Shown: positions 42,082 through 55,852, counted from the whole stretch's first letter. The stretch is 63,984 bases of DNA, filler included, from Conidiobolus incongruus B7586 (GCA_000697335.1; 12 parts of 12 records of this genome joined end to end with filler, not necessarily neighbours in it), one strand, 5' to 3'. Notes: generated by a model from the sequence alone, not told the origin. Numbers and translations are program-made.

Positions 42082-43750
42082 ACTATATTATATTTTTTGT
42101 TCTTAAATATTTTATTAATTAACAATTAGGAATAAGAGTGATAATAATGGCTTTTAAATAATATTGACAAATTAGAATAGATAGGGTGATTTGATCATAT
42201 TTTCAATAATGGAATTTAATATAATGAACTTAATCAATCTTATAATGATTTATATCTCTATAATTTGAATACATGTAATTTGATTAGTCAAAATAGGTTG
42301 GATGTGGCAAGAATTCTAATTAGTGATTTGACTTATTAGATTGGGATTATTAATAAGTAGGTGAAATAATGATATTCTAAAATTGGTTAATTTCTATATT
42401 ATTAGCTCTTTTCTTGAAATTTTGCGAATTTTTGGATAAATTTAACAATTGAATTCAAAATAAAATTATTATAGAATTTTTATACTGATTCAATTATATA
42501 TTTCAAATTTTAAATTTATTTATCTGCAATATTAATTTATATTATAAAATCTATTAAAACTTAATAAATCAAAATTGATTTATAACCTAGATATATATTA
42601 CGCAATATTGATTGACAAAATTTTCCATTATATACAACTGAGAAATTTTCGATATTTGATTAAATTATTTAATCTATTTATTATCTATAATATCAATTAC
42701 CAGATTTTGAAGTTTAGGACATAATAAATTGGAGATAAAAATATTTGAAATTTAAAATTTTGTACTTTTGAGCGAATGTATGCTATCTACTATACATTAA
42801 TAACTTGATTATAGCTAGATAAATGTAATAAAAATATATATTCGTCGAGTAATCATAATTATAAAATCTTTAATAGTAATTTCTGTAACTATTCGAAATT
42901 ATTTTCAATTTAAGGTCAAATAACTATCTTATAAAAAACCTCAATTGTCAGTATTCATCAAAAAAGTGTGTATTGTTTGAACATTGAAATTAAAAAATAT
43001 AATTTATATAAAATTTTATTATTTTAATTGGGTTTTATAATTTTAAACAATTTTCAATTAATTTTGAAAATTAAGATCAAAATTTTATTAATATTAATCA
43101 GTTATGTCTTAATAAAAATATAATTTTCCATAATATTAAAAATATCATATTTTCATTAACATTAATCTTTTGCAATAATTCATAGTAAAAATATTTTTCT
43201 AATCAATTATTCAATATTAATTCATTATATTGTTATACTCTTATATTGAAAATTATAAAGTCTTTGTTAATGATGAACACTAACAATTGCATATTTTCGT
43301 CATAGGTAATATTATTTCATATTATTAATGTAAGAACAAATATCGAAATAACTGGGAGAATGGAGCAGTTTTCTTGTTCCAATGAAAGCTGGTAAAGTCT
43401 AGTAACAATAATCAAAATCATAATAGAATTGGTTGTTGATCTTTAATAATATTAATCAATTTTAATATGTGTCATAACTAGCTGAATATATTACTGGTGA
43501 TCTATATTCTATATTCTAGGTTACTTAGTTACTTGAGATGACAATATTAATTGAACTGATACAAAAAATTCAAAGTATCCAAAACTAGGTTATTAGTATC
43601 ACTAATCCACATTGGAAATGAACAAGTTGAAAAATGGAGCTAATAAATGGATGAATGTTATGTTATATTCTTAATAAAAAAATAGCTTACAGTTATAAAC
43701 GGAGCAAATTATTTAATTGAATAATTGTGTTGAGTACAGTAATATTAGAT

Positions 43751-44399
43751 TTAAGCAGTCTTGGAGAGGTATTCCTTAATACCTTCTTGGGTGGTCTTGA
43801 GACCATCTTGACCCTTTTGCCAGTTAGCGGGGCAGACCTCACCATGCTTGTCAGTGAATTGAAGAGCTTCCAAGAGACGGAGGGTTTCGTCGACGGAGCG
43901 ACCGACAGGAAGGTCGTTGATCTGCATAATACGAACGTTTTGTTCGGGATCGATGATGAAAAGACCACGGAAGGAGACACCTTCTTCATCGATGTGGACT
44001 CCGTAGGCCTTGGAGATCTTGTGGGAGGGATCAGCGATCAAGGGAATGCTCAAGGGGCCGACACCACCTTCAGAGCGGGGAGTGTTGGTCCAGGCCAAGT
44101 GAGAGTATTCAGAGTCGGTGGAGCAGGCCAAGAGGACAGTGTTGGCAGCGTCGAATTCAGCTTTCTTTTGATCGAAAGCGATGATTTCGGTGGGACAGAC
44201 AAAAGTAAAGTCAAGAGGGTAGAAGAACAAGACGACGTACTTACCCTTATAGTCAGCAAGGTTGATGGTTTCGAAAGCACCATTGACGAGAGCGGTAGCA
44301 GTGAATTGAGGAGCGGGTTTACGGATTTCGACGGCTATGATCAGAAAATTGGGTTACTTTATAGTATCAAATATTTTATTTATTATATTACTTACGCAT
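43751..44399 (-). CDS. TSA1: Typical 2-Cys peroxiredoxin (AhpC/TSA); exons 44399-44396, 44334-43751
   Basis: FFYPLDFTFVCPTE and GEVCPANW motifs. ATG-C|GTAAGT intron 44395-44335 gives MPVEIRKPAPQF. Confidence 0.96.
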
Positions 44400-46721
44400 T
44401 TTAAATTTACTATATAATTTCTAGTAGATCAATGTAATGAAGGGTACTGAGATGAAGAGAGGTATTTATAGTATTATTGACATCATATTGATCACTCAAT
44501 CCACCAAGTTTATCAAATTACACACGTAAAAGTGAATTCATGGCCAGGATTTTTAATGCATGGAGTCTTAAAAATCGTTCCAAATATAGTCCAAATCATT
44601 AAAAATTTCAGGAGATTGAATAAATTGAATTTAGCAAATATTCAAAATTGATATTTACAATGCATTGTAATCATTATTCAAAAAACATATCAATCAAAAA
44701 TAATATATTATAAATTTTTAGCTTATTCTTTATTCTTAAATAGGCTAGTTATAATAATATATATATTATATTGTATTAAATAAAAGAGAAGTTAGTTTGA
44801 TTGATTCCAATATCATATTAAAAATATTAACTCAAGTAATTTTCATTAGTCAAAATATCTAATAAGATATCAATTTTTTGTGATGCTGCTTTAAAAATGT
44901 AATTAAAATACATGAATTTTCCCTAAAACTCAGACATCATTTTATCATAATTATTCAATAATTATTTATTGTTCAAATTTATTGTAAGAGTTCCTTGAAT
45001 AAAATTCAATATATTACGATATACCGATTTTGATAATTTTTAATAGTTTAATATGCTTCTACAAAATAATCTAATACTATATCCCAATATACTAACAAAA
45101 GTATAAATTGTATTTTTGACTAATAACTAACAGATTATTCAAATTATTTACTGGGTTGTATAATATAATTATTTATTTATAATGATATGTTTTGGATTTT
45201 TTTCGAGAAATTTTTAAATAATATTCTGAATAAACAAATTTGATTGAATAACCATGATGCAATGGTGTCCTAGTTTCGCTAATAAATTATGTACAAAGTT
45301 ATTCTAATTATTTATAGTTATAACTCATCGAACGAACAATATACTCCAAGCTTCAATCAATATTTAATTTTATATTTTTTATCAATCTTTATAGATTATA
45401 ACTGCCTGTACAATTATTCATGCGCTTAGTTTGATCAAATATGCAATTTCATTAATACTGGCTATTGTGAAAACTTAGAATAAAACATTAAATGCATTCC
45501 AAATAATAGCTGAAATCAATTCTAGAAAAATCATTTGACCAAAATTTTCAGTTAGCAGTATGACTAATTTTTACACAATGTTTAGCCAATCACAAGAGCA
45601 ACTTGATTAATATGAATTTTGGATAAGTGGTATTTTCAAAATTTGAGAATTTGATCAATATCCTCTGAAATCCCCAAAATATTTACCCATTATTATTTAT
45701 CAATTTTAATTCGTTAAGATTACTCAAAATTCTGAAATTTATTCAAAAATTATCTCAACATTCAATTAAGATTACTAATATATACAAATTCTGCATAGTT
45801 TTTGTATTGGTTTATTTAATTCAATAGAAATCCTTTGAAATCTCAATTTGTTCAAATTTATTTGATTATGTGTAAAAATAACCCTATTCATTTTCAATTT
45901 TTGCGCTTTTTATTAACGAAATAACTAACCATCATATTACATATACTTAAAATCCATTGGAACCATATAGTTGAAGTGATCTATTCCCAATTGTCATCTA
46001 GAATTATTTAATTCTTTTATTATTACTATGGTCAACTAATTTTCAATTATATCCTGAAATTAATCAGATAATTCATTATCTGATTCAATCTAGTTTAAAT
46101 TTTACTGCATGAATATGAAAAAGTTACATATATGTTAATTGTATCATTTTGTCGAGTGGTAAAAAAATCTAATTACTATCGATTATTAATATGCTATGTA
46201 TTCAATCTATAATATCAATAATAATACAGTATAAGTAATAATTTAATGTTTGGTTTGAAATATTGTAATATTGATATACTAATCAATTTAATAAAATGAT
46301 TAATAGCTTCATTTAAGTTCTTTATGTAAGAATTCTTCAATATTAATAAATATGAATTAAAAACATATTTGATAAAGAGAACAAATAGAGATTATATTAT
46401 TACTAATGAATATCAGATTAGTTGGACTAATTTTAAACTATAAAATAATAATCAAATAACATTAGTATTATAATAATTATCAATATTTATTAATAAAATA
46501 GAATTCCAATTGTAACAATTGTTTTAATTTTAAATGGTTCAAAAATAAAATATTTAAAGGAAAAAATAAAGATTTATGAGATAAAATTAAATATTTGATA
46601 TATAAAAGTTGAGAAATCAAAAGTCAGTTTTAGATCAATTAAAATCGATATAAGCTAATCTCAAATGATTCGTATATTAGTCATATGGTAATGAAAAATA
46701 ATGTCTCCTACTCTGGATTAG

Positions 46722-46793
46722 GGCTCGATGGTTTAGTGGTATAATTCTCCCTTAGGGTGGGAGAGGTCCTGGGTTCGATTCCAAGTCGAGCCC
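46722..46793 (+). tRNA. tRNA-Pro(AGG)
   Basis: GGCTCGA/TCGAGCC acceptor stem, CTCCC-TTAGGGT-GGGAG anticodon arm and GGTTCGATTCC T-loop. One G-A mismatch in the T stem. Confidence 0.92.
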
Positions 46794-47264
46794 ATACATA
46801 TTCACCTTCATCCCATTTTTATTCTGCTTAATTAGTTATCTTCTTCATTTCAATTTTTTAGAATATTCTATATTGTTTTTCACTAACTATCAGATTTTTT
46901 TGTCATTGGTTCATTCAATTAATTTTTTGATTTTAAAAATTATTAGATCATAAAGGGATAACCAATTTTTCTAAGATAAACCAAATTAGTAAACTTTTGA
47001 TTAAAATTGATAATTAATATTCCAATCAAAAGTTGATGATAAACAATGACTTAGTTGTATTAAAACAAAATATAAAAAGAAGGGTCAGTAGTTCAAAATT
47101 ATCATATTTTGGATAGTATTGACAAAATTGATTATATTGTAATAGATAAACTATATAAAAAGTTAAAATTACAATAAATTATTAAGTTGATAAAATTATT
47201 CAAGGTATTGTAAACTATAATTGAGAATATTATTTATTTTATTATTATAAAAAAATAATCTAGA

Positions 47265-48383
47265 ATGGCTGGGTCTATAGATTTAAATTCTTCGGAGTTT
47301 AACGTTCAAGATAATCACAATCCCAAAGACTTAGAAAAGCATACCAATTCCTCCAACTTCAACCAAGAATCCGAGTTACCAAAACTCAATTTTTTCGATC
47401 GATACCTATCCATTTGGATTCTAATTGTAATGATACTGGGTGTAGTCACTGGTTACTACGCTCCCAACTTCCAGAATAGCTTAGAAAGTTTCGAGATACT
47501 TGATGTTTCTTTACCAGTAGCTTTTGGTCTTTGGTTTATGATGTATCCTGTGCTGGTGAAGGTGGACTATTTAGCGCTGAAGCACATTGCTGATGTTAAA
47601 TCTATAGGTCTGAGTTTGTTACTGAATTGGATCTTAGGTCCTCTCCTATGTTTGGGCCTCGCGTGGGCAACTTTACCAGATCTCAAAGGATACAGAAACG
47701 GTGTGATCATGGTAGGTCTCGCCCGATGTATCGCAATGGTCCTAATTTGGAACGAACTAGCAGGAGGTAACAGGGAATTTTGTACCTTATTAGTCGCAAT
47801 CAATAGTATTTTACAAATTATTTTATATTCTCCACTCAGTATTCTATATATTCAAATTATTGGCAATAGCCACGTCGAAAGTGTGAGTTATTGGTTAGTA
47901 TGTCGTAGTGTACTCATATTTCTGGGTATTCCATTATTACTCGGTATTATTACTCGATATTTGGTGATCTATTTATCTAGCCGGGATTGGTTCGAAGCCA
48001 AATTTTTAAAATTTGTCAGCCCTTTAGCTCCTGTTGCACTACTGTGGACTATCTATGCAATGTTCACACTCCAGGGTTACAATATCATTAACAATATTGG
48101 TAACGTTTGTCGCGTTGCTGTGCCTATGATCCTCTACTTCGTCACCATGTGGTCGGGTACGTTTGGCATATGTCATTATTTGGGATATAATTATGAGCTC
48201 ACTGTGACGCAGGCATTTACAGCTTCTAGTAACAATTTCGAATTGGCCATTGCTGTAGCTGTAGGTACTTGGGGCGTTAGGAGTGAGGAGGCATTAGCTG
48301 CAACCGTAGGACCATTAACTGAAGTCCCAGTATTATTAAGTCTCGTTTACGTTGCTAGGTTTATAAAACGTCGTTATTATTAA
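47265..48383 (+). CDS. ACR3: Arsenite efflux transporter ACR3 family
   Basis: Intronless, ~10 TM segments. Motifs FDRYLSIWI, MMYPVL, GLARCIAMVLIWN and SNNFELAIAVA..GPLTEVPVL. Confidence 0.96.
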   Translation: MAGSIDLNSSEFNVQDNHNPKDLEKHTNSSNFNQESELPKLNFFDRYLSIWILIVMILGVVTGYYAPNFQNSLESFEILDVSLPVAFGLWFMMYPVLVKVDYLALKHIADVKSIGLSLLLNWILGPLLCLGLAWATLPDLKGYRNGVIMVGLARCIAMVLIWNELAGGNREFCTLLVAINSILQIILYSPLSILYIQIIGNSHVESVSYWLVCRSVLIFLGIPLLLGIITRYLVIYLSSRDWFEAKFLKFVSPLAPVALLWTIYAMFTLQGYNIINNIGNVCRVAVPMILYFVTMWSGTFGICHYLGYNYELTVTQAFTASSNNFELAIAVAVGTWGVRSEEALAATVGPLTEVPVLLSLVYVARFIKRRYY

Positions 48384-48463
48384 TTTTTGATATAATATAA
48401 TCCAATAAACACCATATTAATAAATCAAATATATTAAATCCAATAATTTATTTAAGTTGATAG

Positions 48464-50122
48464 TTAGAGTGGAATTTTTTCCCAACCCTGACTGGATTTC
48501 TTACGATTTTTCTTCTTGAACTTAGTCTCGTTCATTGTCTTATACTCCATATCGTATTCGAATGTGATATCCTCCTTACTATACTCCAAATGTCTTGGAA
48601 GTACATTGGATTCAAATGTGATATCATTTTTACTGTTCTGTAAATGTCTTGGAAGTATATCTGATTCTAGTGTCATATCGTGTTTGTTGTATTGCAAATG
48701 TCTGGAGAGTGGCTCGTAGCTAGTTGAGAATATAGAGTCGGGGGACCTAATATCTGTCCAGTGCTTAATCTTGTCCTTTTCCAACTTGGAGTAGTGGTAT
48801 TTCGGTGGTGAAGGTGGTGGGTTGTTAGGAGGTGGTGGAATGGTGGAAAGCTGTGTGATGTTGAGTGATGAAATGTACTGTCTTCTGGGCTTGTTTTTCC
48901 TTGCATAAATAAAGCCAATCATTGCTGCCATCACTACAATTACTAAACTGGCACCTCCTAATCCCCATGCTAGGCCATAGTAATTGGGTTGAATAATTTC
49001 AGACTCAGACGATGGTGTTGGTGATGGTGATGATGACGATAACGATGAGGTGAGCTTTAAATCATCACTAAGTTTATAATCATTCGTATTTAAAACTTTG
49101 AACATTGCTGGTTGGTTATTTGGACGCTGACCTTGTACCAACACTATTTGGTCATCGATAGCAATGGAAGCATGATAAGTAAATAGTGCAGAAGTTTCCA
49201 AAGGTTTCCAATCCCATTTCCAATTCTCAGTATCCAAAATGCCCACCTGATTACTTGGTTGATCAGCATTTATCGTATCATTTCTGAAGTAACCGCCAAC
49301 CAGCACTATGTTCTTTCCCACCTTGTCTAAGCTGAATCCATGGCGCTTCAACTGAAGTAAATTTGTATTATTAGCGCTAGTTGTCACGATTTCGGACCAA
49401 GTCTCCACATTCGAATCGTACTTCCACACCTTTTCAACATTAACAACAGCTGGCGAATATGGATCTCCCGTAAAACCTCCCATAGCCAGCATAGTACTTT
49501 GATCCATGCTCACAATTCTGTGATCCGCTAATGGAGGTACCTTATCGCCAGCCTTCACAGTCCATTGGCCGCCGTCGGTATTATAGGTGAGGACCTGATT
49601 GGAAAATGCCACCTTATTCAACTCCTTGGAGAAGATATAACCTCCAAAGATCACTAACTGCTGTTGACCATTCTTCGTCAACATTCCGCTCGAGAACCCG
49701 TACTGGGGGAAATTCACATTGTCGGCAGGGTCATTGAGCAATTTTTCGTCAAATTTAAAATCCAAATTGTCAGGATCTAATTTCGCTATCAGATGAGTAT
49801 ACCCTTTCGGAATGGCGTGAATTGTGGATGGATCCTTTGACCCTATAAGGTATAAATGTGACGAATTGCTCATATTTGGAGGTAAAAAGCTGGGAATATA
49901 CAATGGTGAAATGTGTTTAGGATTTACAGTCATCGCTTGATCCTGAATGGACTTGAGTGAAGTTTGATTTAAACTATACTTGGTAATTGCCACAGGGTCA
50001 TTGTTATACACATACAGTGTATTGTTCACCAATTGCATCGTGGTTGTGGGAGGTCTAGTACCCACAGCTGTTATGATAGATGGTAAAATTAAACCCAATA
50101 TTGATATCGATATCCAGCTCAT
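48464..50122 (-). CDS. Signal peptide + kelch-repeat single-pass membrane protein
   Basis: Likely start MSWISISILGLIL (ATG 50122). Kelch repeats (LVIFGG, MLAMGG..WKYD, IVLVGG..W), Ser-rich stalk, TM helix and Pro-rich cytoplasmic tail. Confidence 0.85.
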   Translation of the reverse strand: MSWISISILGLILPSIITAVGTRPPTTTMQLVNNTLYVYNNDPVAITKYSLNQTSLKSIQDQAMTVNPKHISPLYIPSFLPPNMSNSSHLYLIGSKDPSTIHAIPKGYTHLIAKLDPDNLDFKFDEKLLNDPADNVNFPQYGFSSGMLTKNGQQQLVIFGGYIFSKELNKVAFSNQVLTYNTDGGQWTVKAGDKVPPLADHRIVSMDQSTMLAMGGFTGDPYSPAVVNVEKVWKYDSNVETWSEIVTTSANNTNLLQLKRHGFSLDKVGKNIVLVGGYFRNDTINADQPSNQVGILDTENWKWDWKPLETSALFTYHASIAIDDQIVLVQGQRPNNQPAMFKVLNTNDYKLSDDLKLTSSLSSSSPSPTPSSESEIIQPNYYGLAWGLGGASLVIVVMAAMIGFIYARKNKPRRQYISSLNITQLSTIPPPPNNPPPSPPKYHYSKLEKDKIKHWTDIRSPDSIFSTSYEPLSRHLQYNKHDMTLESDILPRHLQNSKNDITFESNVLPRHLEYSKEDITFEYDMEYKTMNETKFKKKNRKKSSQGWEKIPL

Positions 50123-52163
50123 CAATAAATTAAAATTAAATATAATTAAATAACAAAAATAAATACAGTAAAATATATAAATATTGTTCAACAATATTCC
50201 TTTGAGACTTTTGTCCATATAATGCCCAACTAATTTAATTTATATCCCTCTAGAAATAATTTAATAATCGCCAAATATTAAAATTTTCTATATTTGAGGT
50301 TATACAAATACATTAAAATTTTATTCTTTAAAATTTAGCCAATTTGTCAGTTTTTAAGGCTTTTAAAATATTTGATAAGGTCTTTTATTTATTATTACAG
50401 TGCCATTTGGATATACTATTAATATTGCATTTTTATTGTTGATTGCTTTTTGTAACTTGATTTGGTAATAATTAGGATAGGGCGCTAAGTTGATAGTTTA
50501 TATTAAAAATTATATTGATAATATGTTAATTAAATATCAACTCTTAAAAAATTTTTAGTATCATATTGTCATTAATAATTTGTTTTTTCTGGGTATTATC
50601 AATATTTTTTATAAATTCTAATAAGGATGCAATAATTAAATTCAAATGCAGCCAGTTTAAAGTTTTAATATAAGTTTGGTGGATTATAAGCATGATTTTA
50701 ATTAAATAGTTAAAAGGTACAAGTCTGGTTTTAATCTTGTCCTATAAGAATGATCAAATTTAAATAATAAATTAAATCATTATTATATTATTATGAATTT
50801 ACATTTGCATAAATTGGTGCCACTCTAATTCACCGTTTCACTAATATCACGAATAGACAGACTAAAATATAAGTTGAATTTGGTTTATTCTATTTTATTA
50901 TTCATTTTAGCTTGAAAATTATATATTATGTAACCATTTTATTCTAATTTATACCTGTATTTTAATCATATTGCCTTTTTGCAACAAAATTCTATACAAA
51001 TTGTTATGATAGTTTCTATTTAATTTGACCACACTAATATGAAGAAACTAAAAAAGCAGATTAGTATAAATAATTTTTAAACATTCTTTTTACATATTTA
51101 TCATTATTTTTAGTCAGTGCATAAATTAATGAATCCACCAATTTTAAATGCTATATGTTTACTTTTTTATGCGAGGTGGTCTTTATTGAATTTATAAAAC
51201 CTGTCAATACACCCAAAACTCAACAATTTCAGCCAAATACTGGTTATCGGAGTGGAAAACTTTGAAAAATTTAAAAATATATATTAAGGGAAGCAATTTT
51301 ATTACATGATTAGAAAATTCTTATGTCTTTTTTCATTTTTGACAGGTGTTTTGTATAATTTGAAAATTGCCATTTTATATTAGTTTCAAAAACTGTTAAC
51401 TTGTAGGAATAACTAATAGTGCAATTATTTTATAATTATATATATGCAATTTTGGATTTTATAATATACAATTTTTCAATGAAACATGGGTCCTTATCAT
51501 GATGGTGTCATCAGATAATGTATTATTTTTGATATTATTGAATTATAAAATTATGGAGAGTACCCTTGATTCACTAGAAAATATGATATTAATACCGAAA
51601 AAATTGACTAATTTGACTAATTTGGTTAAAAAGTGATTATTAAGAGTAAATATGAATATTGATCTACCCAACAATTTTTAAGTATTACTTAATAACATTA
51701 CCAGATATAAATTCAAAATAATAAATTGTTTTGAAGTTAATACAAATACAGTTGAAAGTTGAAACTGTACAATAATCATAATTGAATAATAGTATAACAA
51801 TCGAATAATTTGTAGATAAATTTATATATTATTAAAACTGTATCGCATATTTCAAAATATATACTAAAAAATATATTAATAAAAAATGGTCAATTTTATT
51901 TAAATGAAATTTTGATGATAATTTAATATTTGAAAAAGGATATAGGGCAAAAGAAAAATGTTTTCACAATTTTAAACTAATTTAAGGTGGAGAGTCTAGA
52001 TTAATTTTTGAGTCCGAAAATTTTATCAAAACCTGTGCTAATGACAAATGAAGAGTATAATCATTAAATCATAGACAGGAATTGATGGCATCAAAAACTC
52101 ATACAAGTTGTTTGTAATAATTCTAAATTACACAAGTAAAAATTGGATTTGAGACAAAAATAC

Positions 52164-52235
52164 AGCAGCGTAGCGCAGAGGAAGCGCGCGGGGCTCATAA
52201 CCCCGAGGTCGGAGGATCGAAACCTCTCGCTGCTA
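52164..52235 (+). tRNA. Initiator tRNA-Met(CAT)
   Basis: A1:U72 pair, CAT anticodon with GC-rich stem and eukaryotic initiator T-loop GATCGAAA. Confidence 0.96.
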
Positions 52236-53260
52236 ATTTCCTTTGCAAAATGATGTAGGTTTTTTGAACCACAATTTATACAACTCTATTTTCAATCAAA
52301 ATTTTTATTTACATATTTTTTAATCATAAATATCTGAATGATTACTCTATATTCATTTTAATAAACATCATTTTATTAATTATCCAATACTCATTTAATA
52401 TCAAATGCTGATATTAAATTTATTCAATTATATATACTTCAATATCATTTTCAATTGCTTATTTTCATACACTGCTCAAATTCTTTATTTCATGTTATCA
52501 AAATTTATAACCACATTAAAATACCATTTCTTATGATTTTAATAATATGCAGTATTTCAAAATTCAATGAAGAATTTTCAGATTTAACTGACTATTGTTA
52601 ATTTGAAATGTTTATTTAAATTCGAGACAAACATTGAAATGAATTATTTGCATTTTTTTGAAGTTATATTTCCAGAAATTTCATTAGAATTATAAAATGT
52701 AAATATTTTTGAAATTGAGTATTTTGGTATCATTATTAATTCAATCATATAATTTGTCAATACTTTTTGGAGTTTTTTTCGTTTAATTGGAAACATAATT
52801 AAAATATTATATGATTCATTTAATAGCTCATTATTTTCTCAATTTATAATCCCATAAAATTCAATTGGTTCATTGGATATAAATTTTCACCCTTTATTGG
52901 GGCGTCAGTTGAAATTTTATTATTTGAATTTCAATCACTTTTAAAGTACTAAAAAAATAATTTAAATTATTTAAAAAAAGTAACTAATTTTAATTTTTCA
53001 TTTCGTTTATTATATAAAGATCATCTAGTAAGGTAACACATTTATTAATTTTCCAAATTTCTTGATTAATTGTTAATTTGTTTTTTTTAGATATTTTTAT
53101 ACAAACTTTCATAAAAAAGATTTTAATCTCATTCGAATTATTTAGATTTTTTTCAAGCTATTTTTTATTTAAAAATTCATATTATATATTTTAGCTAAAT
53201 TCTAATCACTGTACTCCATTTATCAAATTAAAAAAGTATTGTAAACATCAAAATTTTATT

Positions 53261-54963
53261 ATGACAGCCGATAAAGACCAACCAAGTCGTCTTTCTAGGT
53301 CTCCAAGTACTTCTTCCGAGCAGGACTATAAGCGTCACAAATCTTCCTCATCCAGAAGAAAGAGAGAAAGGGAGCGCGATTATGAAGACGAAAGATATAT
53401 TAGTCGCCATAGAGATAGAGAAAGGGATAGGGAAAGAGAAAGGGATAAAGAGAGAGATCGCTATAGAGATAAGGAAAGAGAGCGTCGCAGAGAAAAGGAA
53501 AGAGACAGAGATCGATACTATGATAAAGAGCGCGATAGAGAAAGACGTTCCGAGAGTTATAGCCGAAGCGAAAGAGATCGTGAAAGAGACAAAGATAGGG
53601 ACTATCGTAAGCACAAAGAAAGGGAAAGAGAAAGAGATAGGGAAAGTGGCAGAGAAAGAGAAAGAGATAGGGATAGGGATAGGGATAGGGATAGAGAGAG
53701 CCACAGAAGAAGAGATAAAGAAAGATATAGAAGTAGAAGCAGAGATAGAGACTATCACTCGCGTGATAGACACTCTTCAAGAGATTCGTTCGTTGAACGT
53801 AGTAAATACCGTGACAGAAGTCGCCATGATTCGCTAGGTCGCGACGAAAGATCTTCGAGTCGTCGCCCTGACTCTAGATCTCGCGGCTCGAATCGCTCTC
53901 TTTCCCCTTTACGAAAGACTACTGTAAATGGTAATGATGTTAAAGATAATCATGAATATAATACTAAAGATTCGCCGAGTGTATCCCAAGTAAGTTCAAT
54001 ATATACTTATACTTGATTTTCGCAATTTAATATCACTTTTTAGAATAATGTCGTTGCTGAGAATTCGAGTTCCAGACCCTCAATTGCCCATTTAATCGAC
54101 CCTGCTGAAGAAGAAAAAATAAGACAAAGAAGAGAAAGGGTTGAAAAATGGCGTAAACAGAGAGAGGAAGAGGAAGCCAGAAAACGTGCTGAAGATGAGG
54201 CAAATGGAATTATTCACCCTCCAGTCACCGAATCCACTGGTAAAAAATGGTCCTTTGAAGATGATGAAGAGGACGAAGAAATGGATACTAACTCGAAAGC
54301 TAATGGTCAGGACGAAAAAAATGATGAAGCAGAATCTAATTCCAAAAAAGGTGATCATGACGATGAAGAAATTGATCCATTGGATGCATTTATGCAGGAT
54401 GTCGAATCTGAAGTTCAAGTATTAAATTATCAATACAATCAAAAAGTTGGGCAGCTTCAGAGCCAATCTTCCCAACAATCTGTTCCGGTTAATTTAGATA
54501 TCGATGATGCTGATCAAGATAGCGGTAGTGACCCTGAAGATATTTTAGCTCTCGCTGCAAAGAGAGTTAAAAAGAAAGAAGTCCCCACTGTTAATCATGA
54601 TGCCATTGAATATGAGCCATTCACTAAAAATTTTTATGTTGAACCTCCTGAATTAGCTAACTTAACTAATGAAGAAGTAGCCAGACTTCGAGAAGAATTG
54701 GATGGTATCAAAGTCAGGGGATCAAATTGTCCTAAACCTGTCAAGAAGTGGACGCATTGTGGTCTTCCTTCTGGATGTGTTGAAGCTATAAAAAAGCAAA
54801 ATATTACACATCCCACCCCAATTCAATCTCAAGCTATTCCGGCAATTATGGCTGGTAGAGATGTGATTGGTATTGCTAAAACAGGTAGTGGTAAAACACT
54901 GGCTTTCTTATTACCACTCTTTCGACATGTCAAGGATCAACGCCCTTTAGAAAATTTAGAAGG
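53261..54963 (+). CDS. PRP5: Pre-mRNA splicing DEAD-box helicase Prp5/DDX46, 3' part lost in gap; intron 53990-54043, probable 5'UTR intron ~53032-53090
   Basis: RD/RE/RS-rich N-terminus, RRERVEKWR, the DPLDAFM motif, Q motif PTPIQSQAIP and motif I AKTGSGKT. Confidence 0.94.
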
Positions 54964-55063
54964 NNNNNNNNNNNNNNNNNNNNNNNNNNNNNNNNNNNNN
55001 NNNNNNNTTAATTAATTAANNNNNNNNNNNNNNNNNNNNNNNNNNNNNNNNNNNNNNNNNNNN

Positions 55064-55852
55064 TGAAATTTTATTTATTTAAATTATATCTATTTTATTA
55101 AATATTAATTAAGCTATTAATAAAAATGTAAATGTTTTTAATTTTATCATTTATTTTTATAAATTAATATATAATGAAATATATATTTGAAATAAATTTT
55201 AAAATTATAAGTTTTAATATTAATAGAGAAATTAATATCTAAAATATCTATTTTTTATTTTTTTAACTTTTTGAAATTAATAAAATATAAAGTTAACTAG
55301 CTCTTTATATTAAATAAAATTGATATTATTCTAAGTATCTTAAATATACTTATAAAGTTAATTTAAACTTTTTATCAGGGGTAAAGTTTTAATTAATTTT
55401 TTTAGTTCATTTTAATAATATTTTATTAAGTTAAAATTTAAAAATTAAAGAGTTATTTTATAATAATTATTTTGTTATTTTTAAGCTAGTTGATAATAAA
55501 ATTTATAATATAATAAAAGGTATTATCTAATTAAATAATAATATTTAATTTAATTAACTTATATTACTGAATAATTTTTTTAATTTAATATTTAAAATAT
55601 ATTAATATATTTTAATATTAATTCCATTATTAACTTTATAATAATATTTTATACATAATGATAATATATATCCTTAAATTATAGCTAATTTATTATTTTA
55701 ATTTTAGATTATCATAATATAATAGTTTTTAAATAATTTTTTATCTTTTTTAAATTATATAGTTTTTTTATTAAATTATATTAAAATTTATTTCTATTTT
55801 ATTAAATTAACTAACTTTATTATAATTAATTTTAATTTAACTTTAATATTAA
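55064..55852 (-). mobile_element. Strongly decayed Tc1 copy (3' half)
   Basis: Colinear with 233-1080 but more AT-rich. Ends abruptly at a TGTCAG-initiated GC-richer insert. Confidence 0.7.

Noticed and set aside
43727..44404. 225-aa plus-strand ORF
   Set aside because: Antisense shadow of the codon-biased peroxiredoxin gene.
53348..53837. Overlapping ORFs and GATAGG repeats
   Set aside because: Shadows of the Arg/Asp/Glu-repeat region of Prp5.
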